Numbered from the stretch's first letter, positions 1-9,652 are shown. The stretch is 64,000 bases of DNA from Nitrospinaceae bacterium (GCA_965237905.1 OZ250172.1:2656001-2720000); one strand, 5' to 3'. Translations and numbers: made by a program. The notes: generated from the sequence alone by a model not told the origin.

Positions 1-328
1 GAAAATAAAGGATTATTTTAAGTCGATTCAAAAATCATATAATCAAAAAACGGCAAGGCATTATATGGTGCTCTTTAAGGACGGTTCATTCAGATTTATT
101 AGGCCAGGTTTTAGGGATCCGAAAATATATGTGACTATGACAACTCCTTTAATAAATCTTGATTTTTCCCGCCTTTAGATCAAGTTAAATCCTCTATGAT
201 CTATTCTTTTTTTGGCCTGATATTATGGGTTACTCCAAAACGAATCTTCTTTTAATCCAAGATAATCAAATCATACATGGTAGGCACATGTGCCACGAAT
301 CTTAGGAGATTAAATCAAACCTAACAAC

Positions 329-398
329 AGCTGGTCTGGTAGTAGTAGCTAGTCTGGTAGTAGTAGCTGGTCTGGTAGTGGTAGCTGGTCTGGTAGTA
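329..398. repeat. 18-bp tandem repeat, ~3.9 copies (AGCTGGTCTGGTAGTAGT)
   Basis: Units at 329-346, 347-364, 365-382 and partial 383-398, each with at most one mismatch; intergenic. Confidence 0.9.
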
Positions 399-625
399 CC
401 AAATGGTAAGGTAATAACATCCAGTTTGTTAGGAGTGGGAATACCTATTTTTACCCTTTTTGTCCTTTTAATTTAAATTACAAGTGGCACACGTTCCATT
501 GTTATATAATCTGGGTAATTATGCCCTCGTCGATGATAGCATTTAGAGCTGTTAGCAGAAAAGAGGTAATGGTCAAAGGCAGAAGGTCTAACTTTATGTA
601 GGGTGCAGCTTAAAGGGGCAGGTTA

Positions 626-1015
626 TTAGTTGCGATTATATTTTTTTATGATTCTTCTTACCCCGGTTTTAGTCCATCTTTTCCCCCTAATAGTTGGAAT
701 ACAAGCTTCGGCATCTAACCAATCAGCAATCCTCTCTAAGCTAAACTCTTTCTCCAATAATGGCTCCATTTCTTTCCATACTTTTTTTTGATACTCTTCC
801 GCTTTTTTAATTTTTGCTTTCCTTGCAGCAGAGGTATCTTTATTCCTGACTTGGTCTAGATTAGGGTTCCCTAGTTTGATCCCCCTTTTTTTCCTCTCTT
901 CTAAAGCAGCCTTGGTGCGCTGAGAGATTAATATTCGTTCTTCTTCCGACTTCCTAGCCATTCCGGTTAATACCCTATAAGGTAATTTATCAAATTTCTG
1001 GATACCCTTTAGCAC
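626..1015 (-). pseudogene. C-terminal half of a serine recombinase/resolvase (helix E plus DNA-binding region); catalytic domain absent
   Basis: EERILISQRTKAALEERKKRGIKLGNP matches the resolvase helix-E signature; SLERIADWL..IPTIRGKRWTKTGVRRI is a recombinase-type DNA-binding tail; no Y.R.S catalytic motif. Confidence 0.7.
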
Positions 1016-1104
1016 AATGATACCCCATGGATTATAAATTATACTGGGAAAACCAAAACCTCAGAAGGAAAATAAATTCTTAACCTTTTAGCACAATGAT
1101 ACCC
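1008..1104. repeat. Perfect 18-bp direct repeat TTTAGCACAATGATACCC (1008-1025, 1087-1104), each followed by TTATAAAT
   Basis: Read directly; lies at the 5' end of the resolvase remnant, upstream of the divergent Rep-like gene. Confidence 0.85.
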
Positions 1105-1176
1105 TTGATCTTATAAATATAATTAAGGGGTTTTCAGAGTTGAATTTTGGGTGTCACTAATCGAAAGGGTATTTGA

Positions 1177-1788
1177 ATGAATTATTCGGTATTAAAAAAC
1201 CCGGAAAAGAGGAGTTTTTTCCGCCGTCAAATGGAGGAAAGATCTGAAAAATGGTTTAGAAATTACACCAAAAACCCAAAGCATCTTCTCGCCAACATGT
1301 TGCGGGGCAAGAAGTTTGATTATTTTGTCACTCCAACATTGAAAGGCTTCCGAAAGCATAACTCTATCTGTCAAACGATGGATAAACAAGATCTAACCAG
1401 AGATCAGGTGGAGCGAGTTGTTGGGCATTTTAGAAATATCCTAAAGAAGAAATTATATGGTCGTGGTCCATTCCGTATAAATTTCGTTGCAATCATTCAT
1501 ATGGAAACTGACCACCCGAATGTTCATATATTGATGGGTGAGCCGGATCAAAATTCGAACTTTAAAGGAAATGTACCGTTTGAAGTACTTATTCGAGAAT
1601 GCTGGAATAAGATCAAAATAGCGGGAAAAATTATTGACGTTAAAAGGATTTGGGAAGATGAAGATTTGGATGGCTGTTTACTCTCTTCAGAAGAAACAGT
1701 TTTTTATTATATGATGAAGGAAATTAAAGCCTGGAATGGAAATTTGGATAACGTCTGCTTTCTGAGTATGAATTTAGTGGAAAACTGA
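1177..1788 (+). CDS. HUH-superfamily (rolling-circle Rep-like) endonuclease, putative
   Basis: Ordered motifs: I FVTPTL, II HPNVHILM (HUH-like, first His replaced by Asn), III YYMMKE (YxxK). Confidence 0.55.
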   Translation: MNYSVLKNPEKRSFFRRQMEERSEKWFRNYTKNPKHLLANMLRGKKFDYFVTPTLKGFRKHNSICQTMDKQDLTRDQVERVVGHFRNILKKKLYGRGPFRINFVAIIHMETDHPNVHILMGEPDQNSNFKGNVPFEVLIRECWNKIKIAGKIIDVKRIWEDEDLDGCLLSSEETVFYYMMKEIKAWNGNLDNVCFLSMNLVEN

Positions 1789-2105
1789 AACTGAGAACCT
1801 TTGTGTGCGATGCACCATTTGGAAACGGAGTTAAAGCTCCAAATTCTGGTTCCTTTAAATATTGGGTACGATTTGAAGAGTATTTAATAATGCTCTTGTT
1901 AAAATACCTACGTCTAAATTAGGTTCATAAGAACTACATTTCCCCAGTTTCCTAAATCACAAATCTCTAAAACCTTTTTAAATATATAAAACCACATGTT
2001 TCTTTTAATAATAATGAGTTAGAACAATTTGGACCTTGAGTTCTGAAAATAAATATTTTAATTTATTTAAAACCTAAGAATTTAAAAATATTTTTGAGGG
2101 TTAAA

Positions 2106-2702
2106 ATGGCCAAACAAGGTAAAGCTAAAGTTCTTAGTGAGCAGGAATTCAAGAGGGTGGTTCGTCATCAAATTACCGCAAAACATGGGCTCAGAAATGT
2201 TGCACTTTTGCACATCTCCTTTTATCTAGGCCTACGAGCCAAGGAAATGGCTTCCCTAAAAATTTGTGATGTCGTTGACTCCACCGGGAATTTAAAGGAG
2301 GAGCTTACCCTCACAAGAGAAATGACAAAGGGTAATCAAAGCAGAGCTATTTATCTCACAAATCCAAAAGTAAGAAAGGCCCTCCAGGAATACATTGAGC
2401 ATAGGAAAAATATCGAAGGAACCTATTTTCATGAAGCCTCATTATTTCGAAGTCAAATTTCAGGAAAGTTCTCTCCAAATACAATGCAACTGCTTTTCTC
2501 AAATATGTATAAAGACGTGGGCCTTGAGGGCGCATCAAGTCACAGTGGACGAAGAAGTTTCGCAACCAAGTTATTGGAGCAGGGTGTGAATATTAAATCG
2601 GTTCAAACTCTACTTGGTCATTCCAGTATCATGACCACATCCATTTACGTAGAGGACAATCCTTATTTATTGGCGAACATCTCACGGAATTTGAAAATAT
2701 GA
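2106..2702 (+). CDS. Short tyrosine recombinase/integrase (catalytic domain only, ~198 aa)
   Basis: GLRAKE (R), TKG (K), SHSGRR (HxxR), LLGH (H), TSIY (Y); GAGG before the ATG at 2106. Confidence 0.92.
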   Translation: MAKQGKAKVLSEQEFKRVVRHQITAKHGLRNVALLHISFYLGLRAKEMASLKICDVVDSTGNLKEELTLTREMTKGNQSRAIYLTNPKVRKALQEYIEHRKNIEGTYFHEASLFRSQISGKFSPNTMQLLFSNMYKDVGLEGASSHSGRRSFATKLLEQGVNIKSVQTLLGHSSIMTTSIYVEDNPYLLANISRNLKI

Positions 2703-2720
2703 TAATTTAATTAGGCCTAA

Positions 2721-2975
2721 ATGTATTGTGTCACAAAAACCTATGGTCATTATGTGAGAGATAGAATTGAACCCGCCCTCCATGACTGGTTGAGAACAAA
2801 AATAAAAGGAAACTATGAGATTAAGGAAAACGAACTTGATCCCAAAACAATGACTCGAACCATAACGGTTGGTTTTGAGGAAAAAAATGATTGTCAAAAA
2901 TTTTCACTTTTAAGAATACCAGTCGATTTATTCAAAGAGAAGTGGGGTTATGGAGAAATGGGGAGTTCATTATGA
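2721..2975 (+). CDS. Small hypothetical protein downstream of the integrase
   Basis: 84-aa ATG ORF starting 18 bp after the integrase stop; no recognisable motif. Confidence 0.45.
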   Translation: MYCVTKTYGHYVRDRIEPALHDWLRTKIKGNYEIKENELDPKTMTRTITVGFEEKNDCQKFSLLRIPVDLFKEKWGYGEMGSSL

Positions 2976-3078
2976 ACGAGTTTCTTAGCGACTATGCATT
3001 TGTGCCCGATCTTAACATTAACTCTGGGCCCGTGTTTAGGGGGAAGGTCAATACTAAAATAATTCAGACACCAAAGGC

Positions 3079-3561
3079 TTATGGTTTGCTTTCGTATGCC
3101 TCTTTGACCTTAGGGACTGCTTCCCTGACAGCAGAGAGGATTACCAGGCTATGACATAATAAAGGTTCACTCCGTTGGGGCGCGAACCAATAGTTGTTGA
3201 ATTTACCGCCATGGAAAAGATTATTGCGGATACGGCGAATATACAATAGAAGTTTTTCGGAAGGAGAATTTGTATTTGGTTCAGATATCTCCCAATCTAA
3301 TTTACCACCAATAATTACTTGTTTTTTTGGCGGATCAGCCAAAATAAACTTAATCGCTTCATCTAATTCTAAAGTGGTTGGATTAACGAATAGTTTTTTA
3401 ACTTCAGGTTTACGCGAAAACTTTGTCCAGTCTGCTTCGACAAAACCCCTAACAATTTTGTAATAAGGATTAACTTTTAAGGCATATTCGGTTCGGGAGA
3501 ATTCTTTAAAGAATCGAAATGCTAATTTATCAAGGTGTTGGTCTTGTGTCATTTCATGCAA
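3079..3561 (-). CDS. Stand-alone HEPN-domain protein (putative RNase)
   Basis: RNNLFH = HEPN Rx4H motif, in the context YIRRIRNNLFHGGK; N-terminal FSRTEYALK helix. Confidence 0.65.
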   Translation of the reverse strand: MHEMTQDQHLDKLAFRFFKEFSRTEYALKVNPYYKIVRGFVEADWTKFSRKPEVKKLFVNPTTLELDEAIKFILADPPKKQVIIGGKLDWEISEPNTNSPSEKLLLYIRRIRNNLFHGGKFNNYWFAPQRSEPLLCHSLVILSAVREAVPKVKEAYESKP

Positions 3562-3838
3562 TATGAATGAGGCTGGGGCGCATTTTTCATGTTAGGAGAA
3601 CCTCCCTAAACCTGAATTCCATATGTTATAGAAAATGGAAGTAATAATCTACTCCGTCTGATACCTTTTCCTGCCCATAATCCCCTACTTAATCATCCTA
3701 GGTTTTAGGTCCGAATCCTACCCTTACTTTTGGACCACTTTGCGGGGGGCAGGTCACAATTGCAAAACCACCTAAATCATGCTAACTCTATGTTTGTAAA
3801 AATATTACATCCAATATCTACATGTATTTTGGTGAAAT

Positions 3839-5119
3839 ATGAGAAGACTTGCTGTCCAAAAACGGGATGATGGATATTCCTCCAACAAAGACTATCAACA
3901 ATTTCACAGTAAGGTATCTCAACGTATAGTCCCGGGAGAAAAGGAAAATCGTATAGTATTTACCACAGAACTACAAAAATTGGATGTAAGTAGTGATTTT
4001 GTAGGATTTGGTGGATTTATTTTAGCAGAAGATCCGATCGTACTAAAACTGACTATCCAGATTGATTCTTATGAAGATTCGAAAGAGTTTCAAATTGGAA
4101 CAATTTGGAACCGAATTGGGATAGCTATACCAGCAACTAAAGATGAACGTGCAACTCTAATTATGGAATGGGAAAATGTTACAAGTATAAATGTATGGGG
4201 TTTTGATTTAGGTTATCTTAACCTTCCTGAAAGTATTAGAAATAAGAAACCGGATATTGATGTTCTTAATGAATCACATTTATGCCCTGAAACTTTTTAT
4301 CTACCAAATCAAAATGCAATAGACTTAGATATAGAGGAATCTTCATCTACCCATTTTTCGATTGTTAACGGGTCAGAGATAATATTAAAGAAATGTTCAT
4401 ATTGTCAAAGAATGTTGCCAGTTAATCCAGAATTGCTTGGATCGCTATCTTTCCATAAACATAACGCAAAATTAACTAAACACCAAAATGAATGTAGATC
4501 ATGTAAGAAATGGCGTATAAATAATAGTTTTAATCCTTTAAGAACCACCGATCAATTACATGAGTCATCTGTCATTACACGTGAGCGTAAGATTTTACTT
4601 AAGGAACCAAAGATTCTACAAGAAATAAAGGATAGAACAGGGGCTGGATTAAAATCTCAAATCTGGAAAAAATTTGGGCGCAAATGTTTTTTCTGTAATG
4701 AACCAATTGAGCTAGATGGATTTCAGCTAGACCACACACGACCACTTTCTTACTTATGGCCAATTGACGAACATGCCACCTGTTTGTGCCCTGAACACAA
4801 CAACCAAAAGAAAGATAAATTTCCTATCGAATTCTACACAGAAGATCAATTAAAATCTTTATCAGAAATAACTGGACTAAGTTATGAAGAGTTAACAATT
4901 AAAGATGTGAACCAAAAAGAATTAGATCGAATCATTTCTAATATATCTACTTTTGCAAAAGAATGGGACCCACGTACTTTTGCAGCAATTGCAAGAAAAA
5001 TAAAAGAGTTGAGAAAAAATACAGATCTCTTTATAATTTTAAATGAAGCTGACGAAGAGACATATACTGAATTAGTACAACAACTGGAAGACCGTCCAGA
5101 TCCTGTCGTAAATGAATAG
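3839..5119 (+). CDS. Zn-finger HNH endonuclease, probable restriction endonuclease
   Basis: CFFC..LDHTRP..CLCPEHNNQK HNH/Zn core, plus additional CSYC and CRSC pairs; convergent with the MTase gene. Confidence 0.8.
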   Translation: MRRLAVQKRDDGYSSNKDYQQFHSKVSQRIVPGEKENRIVFTTELQKLDVSSDFVGFGGFILAEDPIVLKLTIQIDSYEDSKEFQIGTIWNRIGIAIPATKDERATLIMEWENVTSINVWGFDLGYLNLPESIRNKKPDIDVLNESHLCPETFYLPNQNAIDLDIEESSSTHFSIVNGSEIILKKCSYCQRMLPVNPELLGSLSFHKHNAKLTKHQNECRSCKKWRINNSFNPLRTTDQLHESSVITRERKILLKEPKILQEIKDRTGAGLKSQIWKKFGRKCFFCNEPIELDGFQLDHTRPLSYLWPIDEHATCLCPEHNNQKKDKFPIEFYTEDQLKSLSEITGLSYEELTIKDVNQKELDRIISNISTFAKEWDPRTFAAIARKIKELRKNTDLFIILNEADEETYTELVQQLEDRPDPVVNE

Positions 5120-5124
5120 GTTTA

Positions 5125-7851
5125 TTATTTTGACGGTTTAAAAAATAATAGTGAATGTGTCGTCGTTAATCCTTTATCCTTTATCCCATGTTTAGCAACT
5201 GTCTGCACATTTTCAATCACTTCACCTTCTAGGGTGAAATATTCAAGAGCTATTGCTTTTAATTCATTAACCATGTCTTTTCTACCTCCGCCACCGAGGT
5301 GAAGAATTAGCAATCCATTCTTTTTTATCATACTCTTGCATAGTGAGAAGAATTCCCTATAAACAGAAATATTCTTTATTTGCTGCCTTTCCAAAAACTC
5401 TAAACTATCTTCTTTAAAATTGCTTTCACTCCAGCCACAAAACCAAAGTCTTAACCAATTAGGACGATCAAACCTCATACCATAAAATGGCGGTGATGTT
5501 ATTATTGCATCAAATTTATGATTGATATGGTTTTTTATATCTCTAAAGTCACCATGAATCCCTAACCCTTTTTGAAATTCTTTTGACAAGGGTTTTGATA
5601 AAGCTCTCTCGGCTCGTTCATATATTTTTTTGTATACATCTTTATATACTTTTGGACCCGAAGGAGAGAAGGGTGTTATAGGGTGTGATGTACATGATAG
5701 CGCATACGGTCTATTGCCATGTAAAACATGCAACAACGAGGCCCAAACAAAATTCTCGGAATCTGACCTTTGATCTAATTTCTTTTTAAGAAAGATCTTT
5801 CTAAGTTTTAGGATCTCCTTTAGTGTTTTTTTGTGGTAATAATCCTTAACCGATGAATTTAAACCAAATTCTGCAAAATTAAAATCATTTTTAGTAAGGT
5901 TGACTTTTGATGCTTCCTTTTGGAGTTTTTGAATGGATTTTCTAACGTTCGACAGAAATGGTGGACGTAACTTTGCCCGTCCTATTAAAGCCGCAAATGG
6001 ACTTTTATCATTGGTGACAACATTTACACCTTGCATAGCCCCCTCAAAAGGTATTGTTCCAACACCTCCTAGGGGATCTAAAAGACTTCCTCCTTTCGGG
6101 ACGAAATACTTAACAAGCCAATGAGACATTGATGGTTTTAGTTTGCCTTGATATGAACAAAGAGAATGTAGAGGATGACCCCAAGTTTTTTTTGAGTATG
6201 GTTGATTCTTGTAAGGTAATTCTCGCTGAAATTGCTTAATTCTTCCCCCTAAAGAGTCACATTTTTTGCTTAATGCTTTTATATGTCTTACGTTCTTGGG
6301 CTTCTCAAAGATTATTTCTGCTTGAACAAGCTCACTTTTATCCCGAGACATTCTTTTTGCTAATATATGTTCGTTTTTTACATTAAAACCAGCTTCTCTA
6401 GCAACATCAATAAGTAGCTTATTTGTAGGAACATGTACACCATAAAACTTAGAGTCTCCTATGTCTAAAACGAAATCACCGCCGGGTTTCATACTGTTAA
6501 AGACACCTTTAAATACTTCATACATATCAGAGAAATAATGACGAGCCATTGTGGGAATTCGTTTGTCTTTTGATTCTAAATCTAGTTGTTTTGCTATCTT
6601 TTCAACTTTTTTAAAATCAAAATAAGATTCTTTTTTCGAGACATCATTTATGCCTCCAGTCACAGTTAAATTTCGGTATCCCCTAAGTTCTTTTTCAGAT
6701 TTAATAAAACCTAAAAGCCAAAGCTCAATTTTTGTATTTCTAAAGTAATTTGTACCGTTCAAATAGGGTGGTGATGTCAGAACTAGATCAAAAGCATTTC
6801 TATACTCATCCGGAATTGATTTAGAGTCTGAGGACACTTTTTTTGTATAAGCTATATTCGTTGGTGAGGATTTAACATCTTGTACCATCCTTTTTACACT
6901 ATCGGATATTAAGCCTGAAACATTGACAACTCTATTTTTGTATTCATCTGGTCTTCTGCGACGTAAGTCAGCTCGTCTAGTCATGTTTGAACATGCAACT
7001 GCATTAGATGTACATGCCAGCATTAATATATTACAAGCATGTTGGTAACCGTCTGATATATCCTCCGCAATGCTTAATGCAGCAAGTAACTCTCGAATGT
7101 GCTTATCTTCAAAATAGTCTCTTTTAGGGAATGCCTCATAATATTGTTCAAGCGATACCCTTTTTCTTGCCTTTACCAAATTATTTTTATCTATAACCTT
7201 TAAATATTCAGTTGCTATCGAATTAAACTTATTCCAATTCTTTTTTGCCCATCTTACAGATAAAATCTTTGTCTCAGCAACAAAGGACATAAACGGATTT
7301 AGCTCAGAGTAAAATGATTGAATCCCTAACATTGAAGCAGCTAGTTGTACGGTTCCTGATCCACCAAAAGGATCATATATGGTTTGGGGTCTAAGGCGGT
7401 TTCTAAGAATACTGTCTCTTGCATATGTTGCGGAGAATCCTTCTACATACGGGTACCACCCATATATACCTTGTCTTAAACTATCTTGGAATGTCAAACC
7501 AACTGATGTTTCACCTTCGTTTGTGATTTGCATATCAACAGTTCCAAAATCGAAAGACATTTGACCATTTCCATTTTTGCGTCCGTTGTTAAATCCTTTT
7601 TTTAATATAGAGACACAAATATTACTAAGACTTCTACTTTCCTCATGAGCCTTTGCTTCTAAATCTTCAACAATTGGATCGCCTAAAGCTAATCGAAAAT
7701 CACGACTATTAAGTCCTCTAAGATATGTAATAAATTCTTTGGTTATCCCATCTCTAGGCTTAGCCGGTAAGCTAATGTTGACCCTAGCGGATTTGCCAAT
7801 ACGAACACGTTCCTTAGGGAAATAAATGGTTTTGAATATATATTCTGGCAT
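5125..7851 (-). CDS. Fused double DNA amino-methyltransferase (two m4C-type domains) with putative N-terminal RHH domain
   Basis: Domain 1 DPFGGSGT...TSPPY; domain 2 DPLGGVGT...TSPPF; first ATG at 7851. Confidence 0.85.
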   Translation of the reverse strand: MPEYIFKTIYFPKERVRIGKSARVNISLPAKPRDGITKEFITYLRGLNSRDFRLALGDPIVEDLEAKAHEESRSLSNICVSILKKGFNNGRKNGNGQMSFDFGTVDMQITNEGETSVGLTFQDSLRQGIYGWYPYVEGFSATYARDSILRNRLRPQTIYDPFGGSGTVQLAASMLGIQSFYSELNPFMSFVAETKILSVRWAKKNWNKFNSIATEYLKVIDKNNLVKARKRVSLEQYYEAFPKRDYFEDKHIRELLAALSIAEDISDGYQHACNILMLACTSNAVACSNMTRRADLRRRRPDEYKNRVVNVSGLISDSVKRMVQDVKSSPTNIAYTKKVSSDSKSIPDEYRNAFDLVLTSPPYLNGTNYFRNTKIELWLLGFIKSEKELRGYRNLTVTGGINDVSKKESYFDFKKVEKIAKQLDLESKDKRIPTMARHYFSDMYEVFKGVFNSMKPGGDFVLDIGDSKFYGVHVPTNKLLIDVAREAGFNVKNEHILAKRMSRDKSELVQAEIIFEKPKNVRHIKALSKKCDSLGGRIKQFQRELPYKNQPYSKKTWGHPLHSLCSYQGKLKPSMSHWLVKYFVPKGGSLLDPLGGVGTIPFEGAMQGVNVVTNDKSPFAALIGRAKLRPPFLSNVRKSIQKLQKEASKVNLTKNDFNFAEFGLNSSVKDYYHKKTLKEILKLRKIFLKKKLDQRSDSENFVWASLLHVLHGNRPYALSCTSHPITPFSPSGPKVYKDVYKKIYERAERALSKPLSKEFQKGLGIHGDFRDIKNHINHKFDAIITSPPFYGMRFDRPNWLRLWFCGWSESNFKEDSLEFLERQQIKNISVYREFFSLCKSMIKKNGLLILHLGGGGRKDMVNELKAIALEYFTLEGEVIENVQTVAKHGIKDKGLTTTHSLLFFKPSK

Positions 7852-8049
7852 TAGGAAGTTCTCTATCACAATTATTGTGATATTATAAATTATCAACTTC
7901 AAATTCACGACAGAAATTTACGAAACCCTCTTAATTCATGAAATTTGTGTCTGTCAATAAATATGGGTTTGGCGGCCTCCGGGGCCTAAAAGCATTAAGT
8001 CCAGCCAATTTCCCCGTCTAAAACCCTGTTATCACCTTTTAAAAATGAA

Positions 8050-8083
8050 AACGGCGACCCCAACTAATAAGGTGGTCGCCGTT
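8050..8083 (-). terminator. Hairpin AACGGCGACC/GGTCGCCGTT, T-rich on the minus strand, downstream of the tRNA fragment
   Basis: Perfect 10-bp inverted repeat at 8050-8059 and 8074-8083. Confidence 0.6.
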
Positions 8084-8112
8084 AACTTATTGCCCCTAAA
8101 GGGCTTATTTGA

Positions 8113-8156
8113 TGGGCCATCACGGGATCGAACCGTGGACCTACTAGTTAAGAGCT
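8113..8156 (-). other. 3' half of a tRNA-Lys(CTT) gene, att-site-like remnant
   Basis: Minus strand AGCTCTTAACTAGTAGGTCCACGGTTCGATCCCGTGATGGCCCA: anticodon loop CT-CTT-AA, T-arm CACGG-TTCGATC-CCGTG, acceptor 3' strand; no D-arm or 5' acceptor strand upstream. Confidence 0.8.
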
Positions 8157-8245
8157 CTAACTTTGTTAATTTTGGATGGACTTTAGAAATACTGATTGTG
8201 TATCAGATGGTTGTATTTTTTTTCTTTCTTAACCTCATTGACATA

Positions 8246-9652
8246 TTACGCCAAAAGTGATTTTGCTTCTTCAGATTTTTGTTTTAGGTAATTATGTAGT
8301 TCCTTCAAGAGTTTCAACTCGTTTCCATCAGATTGCTCTATCAATTCTTCTGTTTGATTGATGGCTTGAGGTAAGGTCAACCAGGGAACTTTTCCATCAG
8401 CCTCCAAAACCCTTCTAGCGAAAGACTTATCAAGTTTTAGACGATTATTTTTTGATAAAACTTCTGGTTTTTCAGAATAAATTAAACGCATACCAAGTTT
8501 TTTTAGTCTTTTGTCTTTTATCTTGCTTAGATGGTATTCTCGATCGGCCCAATCAATTTTATGAAAAGTTTCCATTTGATCCTGATCTTCCCAAGAAGGG
8601 AAGCTATCATAAATTTGATCTTCAACATGGTCGGAGGGTTCTTTTATTTTACGAGTACCCATAAATATTGAAATTAACTTATCTTTTAATTTTGTGTTTC
8701 CATGTAAATATTTGGCCCTACGTTCTAATTCTTTCCTATCTAACTCATAGGACTTCATGTAATCAGGCGCATCATCCAAAGATAAAATTATTGGAGAAGA
8801 GTTTGTCTTTAGTATTCGAATAGGTTTTGGTTGAGAAAGTATTTTTTCCTCTAATTCATCTTCGCTCAAATCCTCAAGATCCTTCGGGTCTACTGATAGA
8901 TTAAAAACTAGCATATCTGTATTCATAGAAGGATTCAAACCTATCCCCGTTACAACCCAAGAGATTCCTTTCCTCCGAAAGAACTCTGAAAAAATAAACA
9001 GAGATTCTTCTTTAATGAATTCAATCACAGCAGCTTTATTTCCGAATTGCATAAAATTTGACCAAATATTTGGGGCGTGCTCAGAGGCTAATCTGCATAA
9101 GTGAAGGGTGGCTTCAGCATCCGCCATCGCCTCATGTGCTCCTTCATGACTAAAACCGTTTGCAGGGGCTAGTTGATCTAGTTTGAAAATACTATTCCCT
9201 TTTGCATCAGTTGGGATATTTAGAGCGTTAAGGGAAAAAATACTTATCGCTTGAACTATTTTCATACTATCAGAACGACAATTATTGTTTGTGTTTGTGA
9301 GATATGGTGGATGCAGTGTTTTGTATAAAGCTTGACGCAATAGATGTTCATCAAAACCCAAAGAATTATGGCCAATAAAAACAGATGGCGACCAAGCCAT
9401 AAGCTTTTCGCGAATAGACAGTAACATTTCGTAATGAGAAGGCAAAGATGGATCGGTAAATTGCTGAACCGAAATTTTTGTAACTTTAATTGCACCAGGA
9501 GACGGTACTACATAGGGAAGCAAGCGTGAGCGGCACTCAAATCTATCTATCTCATTAAGATCTGCATCAGTCTTGATTGCGGCAAATTGTAAGATTTGGT
9601 CAAACGAAGTATTTGTTCCAGTAGTTTCAGTATCGTAGAAAACAAAGGCCAT
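8246..9652 (-). CDS. sbcB: Exonuclease I (SbcB)-like DEDDh 3'-5' ssDNA exonuclease
   Basis: YDTETTG (ExoI), HNSLGFD (ExoII), AHEAMAD (ExoIII), C-terminal VEDQIYDSF and DKRL motifs; ~468 aa; GGAGG RBS. Confidence 0.85.
   Translation of the reverse strand: MAFVFYDTETTGTNTSFDQILQFAAIKTDADLNEIDRFECRSRLLPYVVPSPGAIKVTKISVQQFTDPSLPSHYEMLLSIREKLMAWSPSVFIGHNSLGFDEHLLRQALYKTLHPPYLTNTNNNCRSDSMKIVQAISIFSLNALNIPTDAKGNSIFKLDQLAPANGFSHEGAHEAMADAEATLHLCRLASEHAPNIWSNFMQFGNKAAVIEFIKEESLFIFSEFFRRKGISWVVTGIGLNPSMNTDMLVFNLSVDPKDLEDLSEDELEEKILSQPKPIRILKTNSSPIILSLDDAPDYMKSYELDRKELERRAKYLHGNTKLKDKLISIFMGTRKIKEPSDHVEDQIYDSFPSWEDQDQMETFHKIDWADREYHLSKIKDKRLKKLGMRLIYSEKPEVLSKNNRLKLDKSFARRVLEADGKVPWLTLPQAINQTEELIEQSDGNELKLLKELHNYLKQKSEEAKSLLA

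Noticed and set aside
2..178. 3' end of a gene entering from the left edge
   Set aside because: An open frame is present but too short and motif-free to call.
329..398. Possible CRISPR array
   Set aside because: Units are head-to-tail with no spacers, and no cas genes are present.
8113..8190. Intact tRNA-Lys gene
   Set aside because: No D-arm or 5' acceptor strand can be formed from 8157-8190.
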